Source of the DNA: Paraphysomonas bandaiensis
Lineage: Eukaryota; Protista; Chrysophyceae
NCBI GenBank assembly: GCA_965644295.1
Contig: CBFFRP010000292.1
Span: 62,001-126,000, forward strand
Length of the DNA: 64,000 bases
Reading direction: 5' to 3'
Shown piece by piece: positions 40,812-53,861 of the stretch. Position numbers and translations under genes: made by a program. The notes under the pieces are model-generated. The model worked only from the letters and a program-made list of their open reading frames with translations. It had not been told where the DNA came from and made no database searches. Each line of letters starts with the position of its first letter. Position 1 is the first letter of the stretch.

Positions 40812-42580
40812 CTACACTTCAAACATACTGTCGCTTCTTCCATCTCCGACCATCATAACATCCTGCCCCTCTGCCAGTCCACCTCTTTCATCAAAGTAAT
40901 CTTCTCCAAAGGCTGTTGGCCCTTTACTATATCTAAATGAAACTGTTAGAGGCAAAATGCGACAGGAAAATAATGGGAAAAACGCACCCTTCGTCGGTTC
41001 CCAGTGGGGCATATGCGAAGGCAAGGGTCCACACGTAGAAATTCATGATAGCGTAAAAACTCAAAAAAATTACTGCTGAAGTGGCAAGGGGGTAGAAGTA
41101 ACCCGCAAATAGTCCGGTCATCACAGTCGCAAATACAAACACCGTGACAGAGAATAGAAACTTGAAGGGTGGCGAAAGTGCAACAATGCGGGAGAAAGAG
41201 AGAACCAGTAAGCTAAAAAGATACACGCAATATACCAGTAGAAAGGTCACTAGTACAATTTCTCTGTAAACGTAGGACGGTTAGATGTGATAAACGAGAG
41301 AAATACAGAATGCATGGCACGTACATGTCCCGGAGTACCCAATCGTCAGTGCCCTCATATGTAGGGTCTCCCCTCCTCTCTGTGCGCACATAGGCGTAAG
41401 TGGACATTAGAATTGTCCATATCAGGGTAACGAGTACAAGTTTAGGCGTGTAAAACGTGACCGGAGATCGCCTGCCGGAGTCTCTCCCACCGACCCCGGC
41501 AGCATCCGTAGATCGCATCTCGTCCAGGACACACAACCAAAATACAAGTACGATTCCAATGAATGATGCTGTAAAGAATATGTAGAGTATAGCCATACTA
41601 TCAGCGTGTTTCGTATACAACTACAAAACGCATATCCCACAAACAATAAGAAAAACGAAAGTAATAAGAAGACAGGTCACCTGTGCGGCGAAAAATGGAT
41701 CGTTGAAGAATATGAGTGCTATCAATAGTGTCAGAACCCATGTCTGTTCGAAGGACCATAGACGATAGGGTACCCCCACAAGCTTTATCAAAAAGCCCTC
41801 CTGGGGAAGAAACAACACGACTAGGGTAGTGAGTATGAAGAACCATTTCCATCCTAGTTCGAACTTAGAGTACTGTGTATATCACAAATGTGATTAAGCC
41901 GTCAGTTGCACAATATCAACAAACCAACCTCTGAATTGACGGTATGGAGATCCACTCTAACTCTCAATGTGCCTGATTCAGTGAAGTGATCCGCATCAAC
42001 TCTGAATTTAATGTGCACTGCGGTATAGGTAAGGTCAATGTTCACGACGAAGAGGTATATACCGTTGTACTGCTCATAGCGCACTGTGGGCTCTCCAAAT
42101 ATGTAAAACTCATTACACCCAAGAGACCCCGCCTTACACCTTACGGTTCGAGAAGACATCTTATTATCCACAAGATTCTTTTCAGATGCCTCGGACTTAT
42201 CGAAAGAACTAATACCCGTGACATTTACCCTGACTTATATTAGGAGGTAGGATTGCAGTACAGAAGGTAGGTATATACCACGTTTCTAAGGTGCCTACTT
42301 CTTCACTCGTAGAATCATCTCGATAAATTTTCGTGGTCAACCAAAATAACTGGTTGAGTGGTGTCATGTCCTCAAGAACGCCGTTCCACACTGCCTCCCC
42401 ATTAGTAACCTCCAACTGGCTGGTTCCATCATTCCTTATTTGCAGCACAGCCGGCCCAGTAGCACCAATTATAACACATATCAAGAATGATAATATAAAT
42501 ACTGTCGCAGTATACACAATCCCCCTGTTACCAAACTTTGCATTTTCTATGCGAACATAGTTGTGAGAGGTATTTTCCAT
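40812..42580 (-). CDS. TMEM181/Wntless-like (GOST family) membrane protein
   Basis: N-terminal TM ending IIGATGP, luminal domain, TVNSEYSKFEL, WSFEQTWV..L..ALIFFNDPFF, FYTPKL, NFYVWTLAFAYAP. Confidence 0.9.
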
Positions 42581-43188
42581 GGGTGAGTAACTCTACAAGA
42601 TCAATACGCAAAGCTATGATGGATCAAATGCTTATATGTCTTTTACACAACTAGATGGATGTAGCCTTCTGTTTCTTTCTTGAGTAATCCAAAGCAAGTA
42701 TATGATACGCCAAAAATGCAAACCATTAAACAGCACAAGTGTGAGTTATTCTGCACAGCACACGACTGTGTTAAGGGCCGGGATGGATATATCACGCACT
42801 ACTAAAAAAACAATATTTGGTGATATTCACGTCCGTTTATCCCGGATCTTCGTCCGGTCCCGGATAATTGCACACAACAAATATTCGAATATTTTGATGA
42901 AAACCCTGTTCTTTTATGGAACCCACTGTTGACTCCAAAATACTGGACTTTTCGCGTGTCTGATATACAGTACATACATCTATGCAGTGAAGTGAAATGA
43001 GTGAAGTGGAAGTGAGCTATGGATGCAACAGAGACGCATATGTATGATATTAACGGGACATGTGAGACCTATATATCATATGACCCTCATATATGCCCAT
43101 AGTTAGTTAAAGTAGTGTCGCTGAAGGAGTAGAGAGCGCTTTTATGTAGTTGCAACCATTTGTGAACGAGACACGTCGACCCCTATAA

Positions 43189-46100
43189 ATGAGCATTAAG
43201 GAATTGTCGAGCTCGAATTTGGTTCATTTTGAGGGGTGCAGTGAACTAGAAATATTCGAATATGCATTAGAGGCCCATTCAACCACTGGACAGAATACCT
43301 CCGTGTTCAGTGACGAATCCCGCAGCATCGAAACGATTTATGAGTCTGTTGACGATGTACCTTGTCCATTTGGATATTCATGGATGGCTAACTGGAAAAT
43401 CGATCGTTCATTTTCTGGTGTTGATGAGGAGGGCTGGACTGCAATATGTCAAGAGGACGATTTCGTGCGACGAAGGAGGTGGTATAGAGTTATACAACCC
43501 AGTATAGGTATTGGAGATATGGAGAAAAGCGGACTAGACTTTGGTGCAGTGATTTATCCACTGGAGGATACATCGGATACATTGGTATGATATCGAAGTA
43601 TATGGTGAATATCTTATTTATAGGTGACCGCGCAGGTGCGTCGCCAATCCCTTCGAAGAATGTCTGATGCTTCTGCGGCTGCTATTGATGAAGCTTCTCT
43701 GGCTGCATCTGGGAGGGGTTCGCTTAACGGAGAGGCGGACAAAACGGGAACTCTCCTGACTGCAGTGGTTTTTGAGAATCAACGGTGTATGTTGTCAGAG
43801 TGGGGTGGCAACAACCTAATGCCGGGTCTAGACTGGCCACCGTGGTCAGATACCACCGGTTACACTCCTGTTCAGTCATTGCACGAGATAGAGCTGATAG
43901 AGGGATATGATTGGCTGGATGATTGGCACGTTGACAAACTGAGGGGTCGAACAGATTGTGAAGGTTTCTACTATGCCTCGTCCTTTGAGAGTATGGCGCA
44001 ATTGCTGGAAGTGAAGGCGACGGATACCAGCGGCGATCACGTCACTGGGAGTGGGGAAGATGAGGATGGTGGGGGGTGCGTAGTGCGCACAAGACGATGG
44101 CTACGACACATGGTTCGTATAACTCCTGCATTTAGCAACACTATGCTAATGCTGTATTTGACAAGTAGGTAATTTCAGATCAACGGGATGCTGTACTATG
44201 CTCTCCATTTGAACTCGTAGTGCATGTTTCTCATCTCTTACCTGTTGATGATGCTGAAAACTGGGAGGAGGATAGACTGCGAGTTAGTCTAGAGGTTGGG
44301 GAGGAATTTGTTGGGGTCACTGGACAGCAACAATTGGTGTATGACACTGGCCACCGCTTCAGTTGGCAGGATAGTGTGTTTTCCCTTCCTCTGGTCTCGC
44401 TCTTCCCTCAGCAAATAAGATTCAAAGTGTACCGAGAGCTTGTTGCCGTTGGGGGTACAGAGAGTGGGTGCCGCGGTGAACTCATAGCCTGGGCACAGGA
44501 TGATCTACTGTTGGAAAAAGAAGTTTGGCGGAGGCCAAATCGGTAGGGTAAGATCAAACAGCACATACATCTGTAATGCGTTTTTGTGAATAGGAAAGGG
44601 TCATTCAAGCTACCTATTTCCCCAAGTCACTCCACCCTTGGCTTTTTATGTGTTGATGTTGAACTTGTCGAGCACAGTGTTCTTTACTTTAGTGGACAGG
44701 TTCCTCGGGCCCCGTCTCTGGCTTCTGTAGATGACCCTTTTCCTGCTATCAGCGGTCCGAATGATCGATATGATGGTAGTACGGCAGCTTTTTTCTGGGA
44801 CTATATCCGTGGTGGCATGGTTACTGCGTGTCAGAACCCATCTCTTGGAGGAGGTACTGTCGATATTCACTCCGACCTGCCTCTTTGGCTTGTGCACAAC
44901 TTATTGGGCCCTCGCGAAACTGCTATAGATTTCCCAACCGAGCATTTGATGTTTCTCAACAGAGTTGACATACGCGACGTCGTGAATGATGTTTCGAGTA
45001 TGTTTACTGATGGTAATGCTTCTGTGATGCCGTTAAGCGTGTACCCTTTTCCATCTCCACTATCATACCGCGGCGTACTTGCCGTAGAGACTACATCACT
45101 GGATTGCGTGCCAGACTCAGGAACGGCTGCCGATCTCGCGAAGTCAGTCTCGAGAGGTTCGCCTGCAAGTAGTAGGACGTCAAGTAAACCAGTGTCGGCT
45201 CCGCCCTTCATGAGACAGCTTATGCCTCCATCCAGGAGGATGTATGAGTGTATTCCCCACCTCGGCGAGAAAGACGATTATTTTTCTGCAGATTCAGTGA
45301 AAGCACCTCCACCGTGTCTCTACTACGCTTCTATTGTCACTCATTCTGGAAAAAACTTTCCGTTTCAGTGGACAGAGGAGGGAGCATATTTGGACTGGAT
45401 GCGTGTCATGTCGCAGTGTATGAGGGATGGTTCGGTAGACACTTTCTCTCAGACATTGAGGTCATCTTATTTTTCCAGCGTCAATAGCAGGAGTACACTC
45501 AGTGCCCATGTGTTTGAACCAGCGGTTTTTGAGATTATAGCAACCGAGGGCGTGGTACAAGTTACTCTAGTTGATTCGAGCACCTCATCTAGTGATCACA
45601 CCGAACAATTCAGGCTTCTCATCTCTGACGTCGACTATCTCACAACGGATTCCACATTCGATTTTGCTGCGAGGTATCTACTGGAAATAGATGTGACTGA
45701 ACTGCATGCTCCAGAATTTCGACCTGGGAGTGATCATCTTGCGGTTATAACAGTTGTCACATCTAGTGGTCAAGTTGATCATGCTCAACTCTATTACAGA
45801 GACTTACATACGGTAGGCAGACGACAACAGTCGTCTCCTGACGGAAGTTTACTACCAAAGAAAACTCTAATTCAATTGTATTTTTCTGCTGAGAATGTAC
45901 TGAAAGGGGATGACGTGCTTGTCTCTCTGCATCTTTGCACTGCATCTGATGGTGTAAAAACTATTGGGGAGAAACGCGTTTCATTATCAGAACTGCTGTC
46001 ACAATCTATTGCTCCTCAAAGAGAGGAGGTATCTCGAGATGCGGTGGAGACCACAGGCTCTTCTACCTCATCTCCTGTTAAGACAGTGTCGCCAACGATT

Positions 46101-49100
46101 GAACAACAAACAGGTGGGGAAGGTGTGCCGCCGTCGCCAAGCGGAAACCTTCCGTATGGATGTGTGCCGGTGTCACCGAAACGATTGAATAGAAAAGCAG
46201 TTGCGGCCTCCAATGCTGCATCTTCTGCACCTGCAACGGCAACTATCGGACAGCTAGCTATGAACGTTCAGACAACGAAGACTGTGTATTTGCAGCCGCC
46301 TCGACAGGCGATAATGTAAGTAATTGATGTGGCGATTTATTTGTGTAACGTTTCGCACAATAGTATGAAGTTCAATTGCGCTGATATTATAATCCGCGCC
46401 ATAAAGAACTTTACACCATCCAAGTCCAAATCAGCAGAAGTGTTCTGTACAATGACATTCGTTGACGGGACAGGGTCCCCTGTGGGGGTTGGTAACAATG
46501 GTGTCTTTAGAACACATGGTGTCGAGCTCGCGAGCAGTGTGCAGTGGAGTCAAGAGGCCGTGTTTGACAGCAGTAGCACTGGTCTACTACGGGCTGTTTA
46601 TTCTCATATTGAGGTAGTGGAGGTCGTGTGCGCTTCTGCATATCCTAATTAGCATTGTGGATAGGTGTGGCACTCCTGTCGAAGCGGATCGAATTCGTCT
46701 TCTGACCTAAGCTGTCTTGGAGAGGTCTACCTTCCTCTAAAGAATCTCAGCGAGAGGTATGTTGAGAGTACTCTGCCCCTCATGTGGAGTCCGAAAATGC
46801 CAGCGCAGTTCAAGTCAGGTATTTCAGTGGATTCTCCACCCCTTCCCCTTATTTTTGTTGCATAGAGTTTCCTTCTTTTGGTTCCATTACTGTTGGGGCC
46901 AAGATATACGGCTCTGTTGTTGGAGGTGATAAATATATTTAATCTCGGATTATGACATTGATATATTGTGAATATCATGCAGGAACCGACACTGGTGATA
47001 TAACGTTTAAATCTTCACTTTGTCTGTAAGTATTTTTGGCATGGTGTAGTTTTTACCTGACATCATGTGCAGGGCCCCTGCCACTTCTTCAGGTTGGACT
47101 TGCCGCTCAATTTCGCCGGGATCGAGTGATACCTCCGTACGGAAATTGGATTACAGTGACTGCTTTGTAGCGAATTTAACTGGCCCAGCGCTTATCCTGA
47201 ATTCTTTTGATACCGCAATGAAGAGTTTGTCTTGCTGGGGACAATTTGTTTCTGTAAAGCCGCCATCTGGGTACGTAGCCATGATTGTGAGAGAGTATAT
47301 CTATGCTTAACTTTTCTCCCAGGAGTCGTATATTGTCCTCGTCTTTATCACTGGATAGCTCTGGAGCATCTCCGCAGGCGTCTCCTCAATCCGAGGAGCG
47401 CACCCCGCGGATGCTGAAGCGTCTATCTGGGACGCATGTGTCCCCAAGTCCTGAATCTCCTGATGCTAAACTGGGAAGGCGACTGACCTCTGTGAGCTCA
47501 TCTCAGGCTATGGCTCGAGAATTGAGTAAGCGATTGAGCAGTACATCTAACCTTTTGTCCTCCTCCTTTAGTTCATCAAGCTCCGGTACAGTCGCCGCTA
47601 TAAGTATATCCGCCCTTGCAGCACCAGCTGGTTCGGCGGCTGCACAGGCGGAAGTCGACACAGATGACTTAGCGCGACCCGCAGGAGAACTAGTGGCCAG
47701 TCGAGAGGCAGAGGGTTTAGGCAATAGCTGCTGTGTGAAAATACCTTGGCGACAGGTTTATTTTTTTTGTTCGTTTAGTATTTGTTAATGGTTGTCTCTT
47801 TATAGGTCGTGGACGTCGAAGTGATCTCGAATAGTGCTGTCATTATCACGGTAGATGTTCATGTATCGTCATCTGACTATGGCGGTGATGGTCATGACAA
47901 CTCACGGGTGTCCACACTGGAGCTGCTTATGGGCCCATGCCCAGCAAGAAGGTGTGGATACGGGGTCTGTCGTTCTTGTGCTTATTCTGATGTCTTTGAA
48001 TGCAGTGTGGAACTACTGGTCAGGGAGCGAATGGGAGAAGAGGATATTCATGCTAAACTAGAGGCTGAGCTAAGTCGACAGCGCAGGGTGGAGGGTGAGA
48101 AACCGTTCCTTCATTTACGTGCAGCCAGGTCCTTGTGTTGTACAGATTTTAAGCATTGCTTACCCTACACAATGTTCAGGGACATATTAGTGAAGCTCGC
48201 ATTCGATATCAAAGAAACGAAAAGATTCCTACATCTCCTTCAGAAGAAGTACAGTCGCCACCAAAACCACATAGTGCGTGCCCAGCGGAGTTCTGAGAAC
48301 ACTGCTGTAGATGCAGGACCTCTTAGCGACACAAGGGATGGAAAGAAGGAATCTATATTTTGTAGTATGCTGAAGAACCCCTTTTCCCTTTCTTGTGTGC
48401 TACTGGAAGTTTGGAGCTACCATGTTTCGCGGCTTTTCCGGCTTCTATGTTATGCTGCTGTGTTGCTGAAGCAGAGCTACCTGACGTGTAGGGCGGAGAT
48501 GGAGAGACAAGAGCCCTCTTACTATTCGGAGGAGGGGATTGCACAACACATGGATGCCAATACGGAGTACTTTGAGTATCAATGCTTTAGGATGAAACCG
48601 GAGGTTTCACTCGGAAGCGACGAGGGCACCGAGAAAAGAAATGATGGACCAGTACCAAATTCCACTCCGAGTGTGTATCGTGTTAAAGAGTTCGTCGATC
48701 TTGCTGAGAATTATGCGTTGGATATGATTCTTTTAGGATGGAATCATTTTACTCACATCGATAGACTCAAAACACCTGCGAAAACATTGACTACAGAAAT
48801 TGCTCATTCGAGTGTGGCCCTACCGCCCATAGCTCCTTACCTGGATATTCTCATCAATGGTTATTATAATAGGACCATCAGCCTTGTAGGAAAATGTATT
48901 TCTAATTTCGACAAATTCGAGTCGGTTCGAAGCAAATTGGAACTGATTCACTTTGTTGTAACTACTGACAGTCGACTTGCACTGTCAATCGTTGATGCAC
49001 TTGCTGTCATTGGGCTCCACCTGACACCATCACCTACCCTCTCCTTAACATTGCATTTAGATGATCTTTTAGATGAATTGCCTGGTGTTGTGTCGGGAGA

Positions 49101-51730
49101 GCTTGATAATTTTATTTCCAATGCACTTAGGTCTGGTAAGACAGATGGTGATCGCAGCTCTTTCCCCTGGACAATCCATAAGGATGCCGACACTGGTTTG
49201 CTTGTGGGTCCGATTCCTCGATTGATATTAGATATCCTCAGCTCCTATATGAAGCTCACTGCTCCATTGCCCGATAGCAGTTCTTTCACGACTTATGACG
49301 AAGGGCGTCGGGAAGAAGGTCGACTCAGACGCATGAATGACATAATTGCAGTGCAAACCATATCTAGTTACACCACACTTGTCACTGCTTATGAGAGTAT
49401 TTTAATTCACCTCAAGAGTGTAGTGGATGCCTATGCTGATTCATCTGGTCGTGGAGAACGGGCTGACAATGATGAGGATGTGGAAACTGATCCTGATGCT
49501 CCCTACCCCTCATGTCTTTCGGAAGCAGACGACATTTCATCTATTCTGTACTTCCTCTGTTCACTGTGTAATGACTGTGAAAAGGTCTGCACTTCCCACC
49601 TTCACCTATTGGCAGGAAAGGTTTCTCATCCTTCCACAGAATTTAGGTCTCGGGTGGCTAAGATTGAATCTGACCTGATGTATGTCGGGTGGACAGCAGT
49701 GGAAATAATCACTAAAATTATTTTTACTGATACGGAGGATGCCTTCAAAGCCGATTTTGCTGCTGTGTGGAATAGTCAGACCTCGCCATTATTGGAAGTG
49801 ATGCAGTCGTTGCAGGCGTATATGACGGACATGCAGCGCTGTCTAGCGCAAGAGTATCTGCAGAAGCTCGTTATATCATGTGGACGGAAGCTGATCCGTC
49901 AGTACTTTATGATGCTTTATTCTCACAGCCAACAAATTGAAGACACAAACAAGAGAATGGTACGGGAGGTTGAAGAGCGTCCCAAACTTTCATCCCTCCT
50001 TCAACGAATTCCATCTTTTGGTTTTAAGCGGATTGAAGATCAGAAACAATTATTGCTTGAGAAAGAAGAGAGGGAGCTTCAAGAGGTGCACCAGAAGCGG
50101 GTGGTATTTGACTCTGTACACATTCAACAGATTCAAGAAGACGTGGAGCGAATGGCAACCTTTTGCGCGAGAAATTCATCATCTGTGTCTCCCTTTCAAA
50201 ATTCTGAGCTGTCGGCACAGTTCAGTCAGATCAATGTCAGTATATTGTGCTATCATAAGTGAAACTGATGTAACTTAATTGTGCTGGTTCCTAGGCGTTT
50301 GTATGTGCTTTGGAGGCTGATTATTCAGAGTCCTACCCTGAGGATTTCATGCGAGCTATACAAGAGGTGAGTGGGTGAGTGATGATACGTATTGCATGCG
50401 AATGATGTTTTTCTCGCAGCTGGTGATGCTGGGGGGGACAGCTGAAACCGTTTCATGTATTACTACTCTCAAAGACCTCGACCGTGCCTCTGCTGATGCA
50501 GTGATTCAGCTGGCTTTTCCATCTTCGCAATCCATAGAGCCATCAGCCCAGTCGTCTCCTGCATCGGGTTCCAGTAGTCAGTTCCAATACACTCGCCCGG
50601 CTATCCTTGGCGTCACCTCGAACACTACTCCAGCTGAATATATTAGCAGCGGTGGGAGGAGCCTCCACGATGTTTCATACTCTGCTAGCTGGCATGGGAC
50701 GAGTGCCAGTGGGGCGGCAAGGGCACGAGACATTAGCTATTGCGATATGTTGGATGCTGAAGAGGAGAGTCTGGGGCTTGGTTTATCTCATCATGTAGAG
50801 GAGGAAGTGGCCACTTCAAGTGACTCGGCCTCCATAGAGGTATGTGATATCGACGTGTGTTCTCGCGGTTGATTTTGTGATTCGACAGGATGATGTCGAA
50901 GACCCTTCTAGAGTTCCATCTCCGCGAACATCAACAGCAAACAAGATATCAAGTCAAGGACGGGGAAGGCTTAATACAGGTCCTGTGGTAGGTGGCGTTA
51001 CAAGTATTAGGAAGCGTAGTGGCAGTGGTAGTAGTTCGCGTTCTTCACTGCCCATTCCCCGCGTCATCGCTAGTAACCGAGGCGGGAAAATCCCAGCTAT
51101 GGGTGAAGCGGGTGGGAGTGAGATAAGAGTATGTGCTCTACGTTGTCGAAGGCTACGAGCAGGCACCGCAATGGACTTTTCTGCTATGAATGAACAGAAG
51201 CTTGTTGTGGTGGGTGTAATCACTCGTCTTGTGTAAGTTGTTATTCATATGTTACTGATGAGTTATACAGCGTGTGAGGTGTGGGCCATTGATGACACAG
51301 ACGGGGCGCGCTCGATGCAGCAGGAATCCTCTGTGGGCTGAGACCCTGATATTTCCAGTAAAGGTATGCAGTATTTCCTGTGTTTGCAACTTGTTGGTTT
51401 TTGTTTTATGTGTTCGGTGTGGAATCAGCCCCCTTTAGCTATTACTTTTGAAGTCCTGAAGTGCGAGCCTAAAAGAAACACTAGGTTTGTTATTCACTGC
51501 AATCTGCTGACAGACAATATGTAATGTATAGCTGTAGAGTGAATATACTGGCGGAGTGTGCCCTGCCGCTGCATGGGCTGTCCCCGTCACTTCCCTTGGA
51601 CGTGTGGATTCCACTTCATATTCCTCAAACGTTGGGCCCCATGCGACAGAACAAGAGAAAACCGGCTGATACAGATTGCTCTGACATGATGCTGCATGCC
51701 TGTGTGATTTGGGACGAGGGATCCGACTGA
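43189..51730 (+). CDS. Large multidomain protein: 2x DysF (dysferlin/Pex24-like), C2-like domains, Sec6/EXOC3-like helical domain, C-terminal C2
   Basis: DysF motifs W..NW.ID...VDEEGW...VRRRRWYR and VFENQR..WSD..G..W.DDW.VD..TD.EG.YYA..VR.RRW.R. C2-like beta segments at 44.2-44.7, 46.4-46.8 and 51.1-51.7 kb. Helical Sec6-like segment at 49.5-50.3 kb. Consecutive ORFs are linked by 40-60 nt GT-AG introns; some junctions are uncertain. Confidence 0.75.
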
Positions 51731-52303
51731 TAACGCAGTCTGTCTAGTTAGCGATAAGTCTAGCGTGTAACTTGCAGTGATACTTATTTTCTGCATGATG
51801 CATTGTGAATAGTTAGGGCACGAAAGTCTTAGATATATTTACGCTACTGTATGTTAATATGGTAGTTCAATGTAATCTAGATCTATGGCGAATTCGGTGT
51901 TTTATCTTGTTGCCATGTCAGTTGCTTGTACATTTATCATTTATCCACATGTGACATTGTTAAGGAAACGTGTATACTGCAGAGAAAACCCAAATTCTAC
52001 TCATTTGACTGAGAACTATTGCTTTTCATAACTATTGTTATTCTGTGTGAGCCACATGACACACAAAAAGGAGGGCAGGGGCACACAAATCCTCTTGCGC
52101 CGGGAGCCGGGAGGGTGCTTTGTCTTATGATTAGATAATTAGTTATTTAAGAGTAATAAGGATTGATTTGAAGCAATATGAGTACTCATTTGTTTTCTTA
52201 ATTTTTATCAGGGCACACCTATTTCAAGCAAGCACGCTAGTAATAGCTATACAATCTAATATTAAGTTTTCAACAGCATGAAGATAAGCTACAATTTACA
52301 ATT

Positions 52304-52611
52304 TAACCTAGGGATAAGGAGTGTCGTCCCTTATCTAACTTCTAAAAGCCGGGGTTTCGCCCTCGTTTCAAAATTTTGAGCGCTGGACAATATAGAATAT
52401 AGCATATAGCGTCCTTATATCCCGTGATTAAATATAACTACATGAAACCGTCGCCTGTATAGCTATTCACTGTACAACCTGTTCGTCGTGTCAATTATAT
52501 TATGTTTGATATTTATTTTATACTGTAGTGCTATACGGGACAAAAAGAGGTTATATATTGTCTCACAGTCACAATTTTAAACAAGAAACGATACTTTTTA
52601 TCCCATGGTTA
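52304..52611. repeat. Palindromic mini-element with nested imperfect inverted repeats
   Basis: TAACCTAGGGATAA (52304-52317) pairs with TTATCCCATGGTTA (52598-52611) and with TCCTTATATCCCGTGATTA (52412-52430). Internal hairpin GATAAGG..CCTTATC (52313-52335). Confidence 0.45.
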
Positions 52612-53861
52612 AGATGAATCTCACTCCAATTATGTGCGAATTTCACTTTACTAAATCAAATTTTATTTAAGTAGGCGGGCTGTCGTAGTGTGGTTGTGTA
52701 TTGTATGCCGGATATAAAAGGCCATATTACCTCAGTGGCGATATTTGTACTCTACTGAACCAATTCAGCAGCTCAAACAAACAACCAGAAACTGTTGAGT
52801 GAAACTAAAGATAAAAGTATAGAATCGATATAGTGAAGAAGCTCAGAGAGAAAACTTTGCTACACGAGTAGTTGCAGTGAATTAAGTTCAAACATAAAAC
52901 AACCGTTCTAATCAGAATCAAATCAATATCGGCAGTGTAAAGATAAACGATGAACTCCTCTGTAGAGTTGAACTACTTTTTCTTCGAATGCTGTTAGTAA
53001 TAATCTCAGCAGTGTTATGTACCTGAACACCCATCTCTCAGTTGGATATCTAGTTTCTAAAATCTGATGAGCAACAAAAGTAACGGCCAATCGGATACGA
53101 GAAACGGTATTACCAAATCGCTGTTTGCTATTTGTTTGCTTACATCTGTGAATAAGAGTAACGGGTAACTGTATTATCTGATTGTCATCAAAGTAGATGC
53201 GCATATTCATCATTAACAACTGTGAGAATCCTCTCACGAAAGCTCTGAAGACAGAGCTGCATGATGAGCGAGGAGTGTCTGAGAGGAATGACATGACTGT
53301 TGGCCTATAGATTAACTATACTGGCCTTTCACATGCCGGGACAAGGCACCTCTCTTGTGACAATGTCTGCAATTGAGGCCACGTGCAGTCTACCCCACAC
53401 ATATCTAGATATTCTTCACTCAGCAGCAGTGCAGTGCATGCATTGGAGACACTAATAACAGGAACAGCCACTAGAAACCTAGCGTTACTCCATACGTACA
53501 TCTGATTGGACAACTGGAGGACGAGACGATGAAGAGTATTCTGCTCCTGCCTGTTTGTAGTTCCCGCATGCATGGTGTACTCTGCAGGTATACAGCACAG
53601 TACAGTTGTATGCACCGGCAGTTGATGTTTCATACGACGAGAAATACAGCAGTACGAATCTGCCGTATGCCGGTATGCAGTGCTGCACATCGCATCCCTT
53701 CGCTTCTGCTCAGTCGCACGCCCTCCTCTCCTCATACCGACAGAGCCCAGAGACCCAGACACACACACACATACACGCTCCTACATTACACAGCCAACCA
53801 TCGTGAGCGCTGGTATAACTGTGAAGGCACTGCAGTGTATATCTGCTGATAGTTCATCTCA

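Noticed and set aside
52850-53300. Possible copia RNaseH trace (NNCENPLTKAL, plus strand)
   Set aside because: One degenerate motif, with no convincing neighbours.
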